From the NCBI GenBank assembly GCA_013239625.1, contig MU053881.1:5229957-5293956 (forward strand): 64,000 nucleotides of DNA, read 5' to 3'. The notes under the pieces are model-generated. The model was not told the origin of the DNA. It saw nothing but the letters and a program-made list of their open reading frames with translations, and did not search any database. The DNA is from Lama guanicoe. Taxonomy: Eukaryota. Made by a program: the position numbers and the translations under genes. This document shows, piece by piece, positions 23,440-33,885 of the stretch. Within the stretch, counting starts at the first letter, position 1. The number at the start of each line of letters is the position of its first letter.

Positions 23440-23880
23440 GCTGGCCTGTGTTCATCATGGTCCTTCTGCTCCTTAAGTATGCAGAGCTTCACCTAGCCTC
23501 AGGGCCTTTGCACCTGCTGTTCTCCCTTTCTGGAATGCTTTTTCCCCAGATCTAAGTGGCCTCATCTCAACACTCAGGTCTCAGCTCAAGTGTTATGTCC
23601 TCATAAAAGCGGCTAGACCTTGATCATCCTGACTAGTTGGACTTAACCATCCTGCCCCTCTTCCCTCGGGCACACATTGTCTCAGCCTTCAGTTTTATTG
23701 CCTTCAAAGACTTTCTGTAACTATAGTGACAGGGTTACTCCTTTATCGTTTTACTTCCCCCTGGAAGGCCAGCAACGGGCGAGCAGGAATCCCGTCTGCC
23801 TTGTTCACCCCTGTATCTTCAGAGCCTACGTGACATACGGCTGGTTCTCAATAAATACCTGTTAAATAAAAGAATAAACC
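23440..23880 (+). mobile_element. L2 LINE fragment
   Basis: cctcagggcctttgcacctgctgttctccctttctggaatgct...ctcaataaatacctgttaaataaa. Confidence 0.7.
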
Positions 23881-24104
23881 CTCAGCACTGCTGTTGCCAT
23901 TTCTCCCATGTTACAGATGAAGACGTTGAGACCCAGAGAGATTAAGTGACTTGCCCAAGGCTACACAGCCTATACCTGGAAATCTCCCGGGTCCCTTGAG
24001 CTCCACAGTCAGTCTGAGGTTAGAATCCAGCACAGAGCACAAACCCTCTTTCCCTTCTCAGTGAATAAAACTTAAGGAGCGTGCAGTGAAAGGCTGAGCA
24101 AAGT

Positions 24105-24320
24105 TTGCCTAATTAACCAGTGCGGGGGCCGCCATCAGAGAAGATGGGTCTTTGATCACAGCCCACGGGTGTCAGGACAAGAACTCCACCCATAAAGACA
24201 ATTGTGTCATTTGGGTCAGCTGCTCTGACAAGCAGCTCTCCTGAGCTTGTTGTCAACAAGTCGGGTTATTACAGGGCATTCCTGTCACCATAAAGGGCCT
24301 TGAAATGAAGGTGACAAGGG
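24105..24320. promoter_or_regulatory. Candidate enhancer (MEIS/TGIF x6, posterior HOX x2, TCF/LEF, TEAD)
   Basis: Six TGACA/TGTCA cores in 147 bp, two CCATAAA, plus CTTTGATC, CATTCC and TAATTA. Confidence 0.45.
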
Positions 24321-24494
24321 AGGGGCCTTTTTAGATCCAAGCCAACTCCCTAAACCTCTCACCAAATCAGCGGGGAGGGAGCTGATGCTTACTAGGCTCC
24401 TACTGTGAGTCAAAGGCCACACTAGGTGCTCTCCTTACATTTCCGCATCAAATCCTCCCCTCCACCACGGGAGGCAGGGGCTGTTACCTCGTTG

Positions 24495-24585
24495 TGCAAA
24501 CCTAAGATGCCACCCATCGTAAGATGCATTTTGATTTCAGATACACCGAAGTGTGAACAAACGTGCCTTGTAGAATGGATGAAGC
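24495..24585 (-). mobile_element. MER104-like (TcMar-Tc2) DNA transposon fragment
   Basis: taagatgccacccatcgtaagatgcattttgatttcagat...tagaatggatgaa resembles the reverse complement of the remembered MER104 consensus. Confidence 0.55.
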
Positions 24586-24959
24586 CTGGAATCATCCCCA
24601 TCTTACAAAGATGCTCAGGCTCAGAGAGGACCAGCGACGATTGATGGGTGGTCCTCCAAACTGCCTGGTCCAGTTCCCCGTCGTCTCCACGGTGCGCCCA
24701 GCTGCCAAGCCTTTCTGCTGTTCCTTCTGCCTGGAGCACCCTTCCTGGTCATCACACCACTTCAGCCTGGTGAGCTGCCGTCCACCTTCCCAGCCCGGCC
24801 CAGACGTGACCCCCTCTTTGGCCCTCCCTGGCCTTAGCACTGTGTGGACAAGTCTCCTGTTGGTAGCTCGACCTGGAAAGTGTTCAGAGCTATGACTCTT
24901 ATTTCCCATTGTCTGTCAGCAGTGACACAGAATCACCAGAGGGGCTTCATTCCTCATGG

Positions 24960-25132
24960 GTTCTCAGACCTCCATGGACCTAAGAATCACGAGTGGCAGT
25001 GTGTTGGGAATGCAGAGCCCTGAGCCCTGAGCTTAGAATTCCTGATTGGGTAAGTCTGGGTGAGGCTCTGGCATCCGTGTATCCACAACCCCACCATGTG
25101 ATTCTCTTCCAGGGGCTTTGCAAACCACTGCC
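24960..25132. mobile_element. MER5-type hAT-Charlie MITE fragment
   Basis: agaattcctgattgggtaagtctgggtgaggctctggcatccgtgtat...gtgattct...tttgcaaaccactg. Confidence 0.55.
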
Positions 25133-26544
25133 CTAAGCTTAGATTCTGAGGTCATCTTGACCAGCAGGATGGCCCCCGGGGAGTCTCTGGCCTGTGAGCT
25201 GAGCAATCAGGGCCCTTCTGGTTGTAAAGTGGGAACGCAATGCAATAATAAACACACCTGCCCCCAAAGTTTATTACTATATTGCATGTGCCACCCAGGC
25301 GAACCTGCCTGTTTGTTCCCATTCGAGTCAAAACTTACCCCTCCTATCTCCGCATCCCTTAGAGCCCTGCTATTGCTGGTAGAGCTCTGGCTCCCTGATA
25401 CGCCAGCCTTCTCAGGGTGCCCAGGTAAAGATGCACAGTGCAGGTGTGGGTGTTCGCTGCTGCATGCTCATGACGGCTTTCAGGAGATAGCGCCCTCATG
25501 CAAAGGAGGGACCCTAATGGTGGCACTCTAGTCAAGCCGCTGGTTGTAGGTGTGGGACCAACGATGCTTCTGTGCAAGCTCCTGGCACTTGGTAGGGGGT
25601 CTATCAGTGGTTTATAGACAAACCAAAGGGCCGGGACCTTACGCCTGAGCTCTCCTATTTACAGCCTTGACTGATATTCTCATGGCTTTTCAAACATCAC
25701 TGACCCAGAATATAAGGCTGGAGGGCTGAGGGGGCACCCAGCTGGTGAGACTCCTGGGCCTGGGGGCCTGGGTGGTTTGCCTACTCCTCTGAGGATCATG
25801 GGGAGCCTCGGAGGGATTTTGAGCAGGTGGGAAATGGATTGGAGGACAGAGAGAGTGGAGACATGTACACCAGTGAGGAGGCTGTTGCAACATGTCATCC
25901 AGTCACCCGACATTTACGGTGTCCCTACTGGTGAATAGGGAGGGTCCCGGCGCTCAGACAGCCCACAGCCCGGACACTCAGCGGGTAGCGGAGGGGAGCA
26001 TCAGGCTGTGGACAGGTGCGCATGCAGTTCCTTCACGCTCTTCCAGGAAGTACAAGTCTGTTGTACAATTGATGACAAGGCTGAAAGAATCTGCCCTCTA
26101 GACCTGTCCTCTATTCTTGTCCCACTTCTTAGAGGCCACTGACCTGGGGAATTTGACTCTCTGCTTCAAACCTCAATCCCCACCTCTGTAAAATGGGTAT
26201 CAAAAGAAAACCTGCCTCACAGGCCTGTTGGAGGAAACAGATGTATTGCCACAGCTGGAATGTAAGTGGCCTGTAAAGGTTAGGGGTAGGGACGATGCCG
26301 GGGGCACATAATAGAAAGAATGAGAAGGGCAGACATTCCTATTAAGTCTCTCAATGAGTAAGAAGTGCAGATGGAGCAGAGAGGCATTTGGGAAGGAGGT
26401 TGATTTTCCTCCAGACTGTACTGTGTGGTTGTTACCCCAGTGCCTTCCACCTTCCCAGCCAGCGTGACCAAGGCAACAGCTCCAAGCTTAGAGATAAGCC
26501 CATGCACACTTAAGCTCTCACATGCAATAACTTTTTCTCTCCAT

Positions 26545-27090
26545 GCCACCTAGAGTCTGTTCCCTGCAAATCTGATCATGTCATCCTTCCGCTTAAAACA
26601 CTTCAGTGATTTCCTACCATCTTGGGATCAAACTCCAGTTCTTCCCTGTGGCCCACTGAGTTTTGCCTGGCCTGACCTCTGCTCATCTTCTGACTTTATC
26701 TCATGCCTCTTGGTTCCACCCATTGAATCTGCTCCCTCCAGGCCCCTGCTCTTTGCTCATTCTGTTTCCTTTGCCTGGAACGCTTCACATCCCTCCATCT
26801 TCCCCTGGGTACAGCCCTCAGACCTCAAGGAAGCCTTATCTTTCCTCCTCCTCTCTCCCCTCTTGCCCTGAGCTCCTGGATCCTCCCTACATACCTTTCC
26901 TTTGTGGAAATTCTCAAGGGGACAAGTGTGCATTTACTCATGAGGTTATTTAATTATTGCCTCTCCCCCTAGGCTGTGAGCTCACGTAGGCAGTAGCGTA
27001 ATCATTTGTTCAATACTGTATCCCTGGCTCCTAACACAGGGCTAGCACGCAGTAGGTCCACTCCAAGTGCTGGCTGAATGAACAAACAAA
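26545..27090 (+). mobile_element. L2 LINE fragment
   Basis: caaatctgatcatgtcatccttccgcttaaaacacttcagtg...ttgctcattctgtttcctttgcctggaacgct...gctgaatgaacaaa. Confidence 0.7.
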
Positions 27091-28339
27091 GGATGGAGGA
27101 AGCACAGAGGTCATTAGGGAGGAGGGACCTACCACGCGCATAGAGCTGAGTCCAGCAAAGCAGAGTCGAGCAGAGTGTGAGGTGAGGGTGGGAAGAGACC
27201 AGCTTGGCTCCCTAGGCCAACTACTTCCATAAAGGGCCTCTCCAACCCCTTGCAGCCCCAAGAGGAGGGGACTCCTTCCCTGCATCTGAGTCCGAGAGGC
27301 CTGGACCCACTTCTTTGGCCCACACACAACTTGCTGTGTGATCTGAGCGAGTCCCTTGGCCTCTCTGGGCCTCAGATCCCTCATCTAGGAGCAACTCCAG
27401 CTGCTCTCTGTGTTGCAGGAGGAAGAGATAAGCAACGGGAGGCAGATGCCAGCCCTGCCCCTGGCACACAGTAGGTTCTCAATCAACATTCATTCCCTCC
27501 TCATTGCAAAGAAGCTTGTAAGGTAATCTGCCAGGAGAACATGTTTCTCCCATGATTTTTCTCTCTTTTCACATTAGCTAGTATGCTTTAAAAATCACCT
27601 TAACACCCTATTTTGAAAAGCTGTGTTGGGAGGAGGAAAGGAAGGGAAGGGAAGACCTTTCTTGGTGAATTTGATTTAGTGGGAAATGATGTTTGAGTTA
27701 GGACATTTCTTGTTTGGGATCCAGTCGCATTAACAGTGAAGAAGGCATGATGGGAACCGCCAGTGGACCCAGGCCAGCTCGCACGGCTCCGGGTGTGGGG
27801 TGCAGCCAGGGCACCCATGGCGCCTGCGGTTCTGCCATTAGCATCACCCTCTGCATTAAGTGCGCTCTCTCGAAGTCTCTGTGCGAAAATAGCTCTTTGG
27901 TCGTAATGGGTCCCTGCGGGGACGTGGTGGGGGCAGGGAGACACTGTGTGTGTGTGTTTGTGTGTGCGTGCACCCGCGCGTGTGTGGAGGGGGTGGATCT
28001 CGTGTTATTCCTATGAAGTGTACATCTTTACCTGAAAGAAGCTGATAGAAAAGCGGGGAGGGACCCACACACAAAGAAAACAAGCGAGCGTTTGTTTTCC
28101 CACAGCTTGGGTGAGACCGTGAGTGAGTCAGCGGGCGGATCAGGAAGGGGAAGGTTCCAGCTGGAGATGCTCAAAGCAGCCGTTGGTTCTCTGAGGGAGA
28201 CTCATGGGGGCCGGCCTCAAAGCTGGAAGGCTCCCTGTGGGTCCCTCCCACGCCCCCAGCACAACTCAGCTCTGCAGGAAGCACCAACCCCATCCTGCTA
28301 TGCCATTCCTATCACAAAAATGGAGCACCTACTGGATGC

Positions 28340-28490
28340 CCTAGAGTGGAACGTGACGACTGCTTAGCACCTGTTGTCTGCATCCTCACAACACCCCAAG
28401 AGGTGCGAGATATTATACCCGTTTTACAGACGAGGACACTGAGGCTCAGAGGGGTTAAGTCACTCACTCAAGGCAACACAGGGAGTCAGT
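28340..28490 (-). mobile_element. MIR SINE
   Basis: cccgttttacagacgaggacactgaggctcagaggggttaagtcact. Confidence 0.75.
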
Positions 28491-29049
28491 GGTGGGGTCT
28501 CTGGGGGGGGTATACAAACTTCCTGCAGACAATCTGGCATTGTGCAGCAAAAGCCCTCAAAACGTGCCTATGTTTGACGCAGTGGCTCCACTTTGAGCAA
28601 CCAAGGAAGACAATTAGGCAAGAGCCACCACAGCTCAGCTCTGTGCATGTCCTGAGACACATTGTTCACCGTTGTGAAAAACGAGAGACCACAAGGAATT
28701 TGTGAAACAAACTCTAGTGATGGCAAACTATGCAGCCATTAAAAATAATGGATGTATGCTGTTTACCAATGTCAAAAACATCCACAAATGGCACAGGCAG
28801 TATTTGAATAGCCTGTGAAGTCCCTGGATTCCAGGCCGGGCTCAGCCACACATCCACTATGTGACGTTGGGCCACTGGTTAACACCCCGGGCCTCTGCTT
28901 CTTCATTTTAAAGTGGGGGTTTTAAAAAAGTGGTGATAAATCAGGAGTTACAGAGCTTCTCGAGGCATGGGAAGAAGGAGATGAGCTGCTGTGTGTAAGC
29001 ACTAAGGACGGCACCTGGCACATTGCAAACCACCTGTAAACATTAGCTA

Positions 29050-30225
29050 TTGTTGGATCCTTGGTTGGGAAATTTGGGGCCATTATTTCTTCAAATATTT
29101 TTTCTGCCTTTTGCTTCCTTAATCACACATGTATTAAACAGCTTGAAGCTGGCCCACAGCTCCCTGATGCTCTATCCTTTAAAAAAAAAAAAGTTCTCTT
29201 TTCTCTCTGTGTTTCATTTTTCGGGGTCTCTGCTAAAATCTCCGTCTTCACTAGCCTTTTGCCACGAGCCCATCCAGGATGGCGCCTCCTACATTGTAGC
29301 TTTCACCTCTGGAAGTCTGCTTTACATCTCCCGAGTCTCTATTTAACTTTTTCAACATATGGAATGCAGTTATAATAACTGTGTCAATGTCCTTGTGGGC
29401 GGATTCCAACATTCGTGTCAGTTCTGGGTCAGTTTCCGCTGACTGATGTCTCTCCTCACTATGGGTCGTGTTTTCCTGCCTCCTCGCCTGCCTGGTAACT
29501 TGTGATTAGATGCGAGACCTTTACTTTGTTTTGGGAACTGAATATTTTTAGATTCCTGTGTTCTAGGATGAAATGGAATTATTTAGAAATGATTTAATCC
29601 TTTCAAGTCTTGCTTTTAAGATTTGTTCGGCTGGACTCGAGCCGTGCTGAGGAGTTAGGGCTGAGGATTCTCTGTCCGTAAGGGAAGGTGTGTGTGCTAC
29701 CTGTGCAGCATGAGGGTTTCCAGGCTGGATGGGGAGGACGGGCTCTGTTCCTGGCCCTGCATCAGCCCCAGGCACTGCCCCATCTAATCCTTTCAAGGGG
29801 TTCTTTCCCCAGCTCGGGTAGTTTACTACATGTGTACTGGCCAACTCGGCTGGGTTCTCAAGGGAGGCCCTCTGAGTGTCCCCACATCTCTCTGTTTCTC
29901 TGTAGCACTCTTTCGTCCAATACTCTCTCCTGGAATCTCTAGCCACTAGGGACTCCATGGGCTCTCGGTTCCATCTCTTCAGCTCAGAGAGACCATCAGG
30001 ACCTGCCTGGTCCCCTCCTCTGTCCTCCACCCCATGCTGCAGTCTGGGAACCTTTGAGGCAGCAAGCTTGGCCTCCTCTGTTTCCTGACACTCCAGGGTC
30101 ACTGACGCCTCATGCCCAGTGTCTTGAGAACTGTCATTGTGTACATTGTGTCCTGTTTTCAGTTGTTTCAGGCAGGAGGGTAAATCCAGTTTCTGTTGCT
30201 CTCCTGTGGCCAGAAGCAGAAGTCC
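29050..30225 (-). mobile_element. Old L1 (L1M) 5'/ORF1-side relic, antisense
   Basis: ttgggaaatttggggccattatttcttcaaatatttttt and tttcagttgtttcaggcaggagggtaaatccagtttctgttgctctcctgtggccagaagcagaagtc are characteristic of old L1M 5' regions. Confidence 0.65.
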
Positions 30226-31199
30226 CTGCATTAGGGATGGTGAATGATTCTCCTCCACCCCATGTTTCAGTGCCTTTCTCTGGGCCCAGGCTCTTTGGCA
30301 AGGGGAGACACAGAGGGGTAAAGTGACTTGCCCAGGTGGTACAGCTAGTAAGTGGTAGAGCCAGGATTGGCATCAGGCTTGGCTGAGCCAAAGTCCCTTC
30401 TTTGGGTGGAGAGCTGGCTTGAACCAGGGATGGATTTCCAAAAGTGAATTTCCAAAGACTGGCGATTATCACTTAGCCACGGCCATGCTGCCAGAGTCCC
30501 CCTAGTCTAGAAGGAAGGCACGTACGTCCTCCAGCATTAGAGAACCTGCATCTGAGAACCCACCTGGGCAAATGACCTTGTCTCCCTGGGCCTCAGTTTC
30601 CTCAACTGTTAAATGGGAAATAATCCCACCATGATTGCATGGATTGGACCCAACACCTTGTCAGGTTTTTAACCTGGAGGAGGTGCCTAGGAACTAGCAA
30701 TGAAGGAATTCATGGAAGAAAGGAAGGAATACATGCATGTATGCATATTTGATCACAAAGCCATCCTGCCTACTCACCCCTCAAGCTTGCAAATCACAAT
30801 TTCTCCCCAAGAAGAGCCCAGGCTTTCCTAAGCCTGCCTCTCCCACCCAATATCTACCCTCTCACCCTCACCCCGGCAACCTCTATGCGAAGGAGGCTGG
30901 TCATTAAATTCCCTGACCTCAAATCTCCCCCCCCATACCCCCAAGTAGGAGTCAAGTGGTACCAGCTTTTACTCGAACGCAGCGGTTTTACCGGCTCCCC
31001 CCACCCCGGGACTCTGGAGCTGGGAAGCCGGTTTTCCATCATCACCATCAAACCTCGTTTTGTTTCAAACGGTTGCTCCCGACCCGTTAGAATTATGATC
31101 CTCACTCTTGCAACGCCCTCTTGTTCCTCTCAAAAAAGGATTTAGCACATGAATCAGGTTGCCATTTTTCCTAAATAAAACATTGTACAGACGCAGAAA

Positions 31200-32260
31200 A
31201 CTCAGAAAAGCTTGAAGAAAAAGAAACACAAAAAACAAATGAACAGAATTTTAAGAAGCCCTCCCTAGTCTCAGAGACAGGTCCTGCTAACCTGTTGGCA
31301 TCACTATGTCCAGTCCTTTTTCTGTGCTGGAGTTAGGAAAGGTACAGAGTTATGTTTTAATGAAGGAGTTTTTTTTTTTTTTTAAAGGTTTGAGGAGGGC
31401 TGGCTTATAAGAAAATCTCTATGGTGAAAAGAGTTCATAGTGAAAAGTAAGTTTAGCTTCCATCCCTGCCCAGCACCCTTCTTTGCTCTCCCTGGAGGTA
31501 AGTGATGCCACATCTTCTTGGAGAGACTTCCAGACAGTCTGGGGTTATCCAAGTGTGTGTGCGCGTGCGTGTGTGAGCACACACGTGTTTTTGGTATCAG
31601 AATGTACCCACTGTTCTGTAAGTGCTGCCTCACCTAGCCTCCCTCAGGACTGCGTTCCCATGGCAACCAAGCAACACTCCTCCCCACACACTATTCTATC
31701 AATTTCCAATTGTTGGACTTTTCAGTTGTCCCCAGTTGTCAATCATCTTGACCACCCAGGATTGTTAAACTGGTAAGCGTTAAGTTCCCTGGGGGCTGGT
31801 GGTGGGGTGATGGGGGAAGCCCTGGTTTGCAGGGCTTGCCCATTTCCATGGTGTAAATATTCCCGTTTCACCACGGCTGATTTTAAGCTACTGAAGTCCC
31901 CACGGGAGCACGGCCCACAGAATCCTGGGCCAGCAGCTTCAAGGACCCCTGCTGTCAACCTTTGGAACCACCTTAGTACATATTCCTAATTCTTCCCTGG
32001 GAATAAATTTCCTGAAGTGCAGTGACTGGCAAAGCTTAGGCACCATCCCAGGGCTGTGGGTGAGCGATACTAAATTGCCCTCCAGAAAGGTTATCAATCC
32101 ATGTTCCCTCCGCCAGGTGTGAGAGATCCCTGCTTATCTCACCCCGCCCCTCCAGCCATGGCTGGCATCCTCTTCATCTCCCCCATCTGATGCACAGAAT
32201 AATAGTAGCACCTTGCTGTTCTCATTTGCATTGTTTTTTTGAATACCTCTTTTTTTTCAA
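31200..32260 (-). mobile_element. Decayed L1ME-type fragments, interrupted by a MER63-like element
   Basis: gggaataaatttcctgaagtgcagtgactgg; taaattgccctccagaaaggttatcaat; ctcatttgcattg. Confidence 0.5.
31760..31955 (+). mobile_element. MER63A-like hAT (Blackjack) MITE
   Basis: gccctggtttgcagggcttgcccatttccatggtgtaaatattccc...gattttaagctac matches the remembered MER63A core. Confidence 0.6.
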
Positions 32261-33399
32261 ACTTAGAGTCCAGAGAAATTTTATTTGGGCAACTTTCGGA
32301 ACATTTCACGAAGCCTCTGGGGATTATCGGTGTCTGGGAGGCAACTTGGGAACAGGGCTTTCGTGCCTGGCTTTGTTTATTGATGGGATCAAATAGGAGA
32401 TCCATTCACTCACCAAACAACATCAAAGCTTTTCCCAGAAGGTACCTTGCTTGCAGTGTTGCTCAACCCCATCTTGTCCCAGTCACTCCACCCCCTACAC
32501 TCTCCCCTCCTCCTTCCTTTGTCTCAGGCAGATACATCTAGGGATGCCACCGCCTTCGCTTACATGCTGTGGGCACGGGTGCCAGCTAAGACCCGTGCTC
32601 AGGGAGGGTTGAGGTGGGCAGTACGAAGTATCTGAGATGCTTTACAAATAAAGGAAGTGTTCTGGAGAAGTAGCTCTGTGACCCCGGACAAATTCCTTCA
32701 CCTCTCTGAGCCTCTGTGCCCTCATCTGCAAAGTGGGTGTGGGGACTGAGATGGTGATAACACAGCCTATGTGAGATTGCGGTGAGAGTTAAATGAGCAC
32801 ATGCATTTTAAGTGCTCAGCACAGGGGTGTGGCATCCAGAAGGTGTGCAACAAACACAGTTGTCATCATCATCACCTTATCACACTGTCAGAGCGCTTTG
32901 CAGACCTCAGGGGCACATACCAATGTGGAGTAGTATTGTTATGATCTTCATAGTTCTTCTAGCCCCCCTGCTCGGATCAGTAAGGTCACCGTAGACCTCA
33001 CGTGTCCAGCTCCAGAGCCAGTCTTCTTAGGAATGAACTGGACTCCCTTTGTATTATTGGAACACAATGCCTTCATTTGACCAAACATGACTTTTCTCAG
33101 AGCAGCTAAAGGCTTCTTCAAAGACCTTCCTCCAGCAGGTCCTTTCTGGCTTTGCTTGGGTGGGGACAAAAGTGTCTTAATGTCTTACCTCCTGTCTCTA
33201 CCCCAGCCAATTTATGCTGCCCAAAATGGCTTCCTGAGTTTTTCAGGACACAGCCTTTTATCCATCCACCCATCCATCCATCCAACTCATTGATTGTGTA
33301 CGTCTGTTCTCAGCTACAACACAGGGTCACAGAAATCCAGGCACTTGCCAGCACATCTAATTTCAAGCAGATTTAAAGAACAACAATGACATCAAATTT

Positions 33400-33885
33400 T
33401 ACCCGGACCTTGATGATCTGACCCCTGCGCATCGCTCCAATTTCATCTGCTACCACTCTCCCCCGCATCTACCATGGTCCAGCAACACAGTCAACTGACA
33501 GTTCCTGGAACACTCTCAGCTCTTTCCCTCCTCAGGGCCTTTGCCCATGCTGTGCCTTTGGCCTGGGGGGCTCTGGTCTCGCCTCTTTGCCTGGCCAGTT
33601 TCATTTTATCATTTGGTTTCCAAGTTAAATGGTATTTCCCCCAAGGGCACTGGCCTTGCCCCACCCCAACCGAAATGCTGCCCCCTTCATTATTCTTTAT
33701 TCATAGACGTATCACGACATGTGAAGTTGTGCTTTCTCTGTGTTTCTCCTCATTTAGTGCTTGTCTCTTCTGGAAGATTGTAGGTTTATGAGGGTGGGGA
33801 TCCTGCCTGCTGGAGGTGGTGGAGCTGAAGTTTAGGACTGTGCCTGGCAGTGCACACCCTCAAGATAAATCTGTTGAATGAGTGA
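33400..33885 (+). mobile_element. L2 LINE fragment
   Basis: cctcagggcctttgcccatgctgtgcctttggcctgg...tgtgcctggcag...ctcaagataaatctgttgaatgagtga. Confidence 0.7.

Noticed and set aside
29563..30258. 231-aa minus-strand ORF
   Set aside because: Falls inside an old L1 5'-region relic, with no recognisable protein family or supported splice context.
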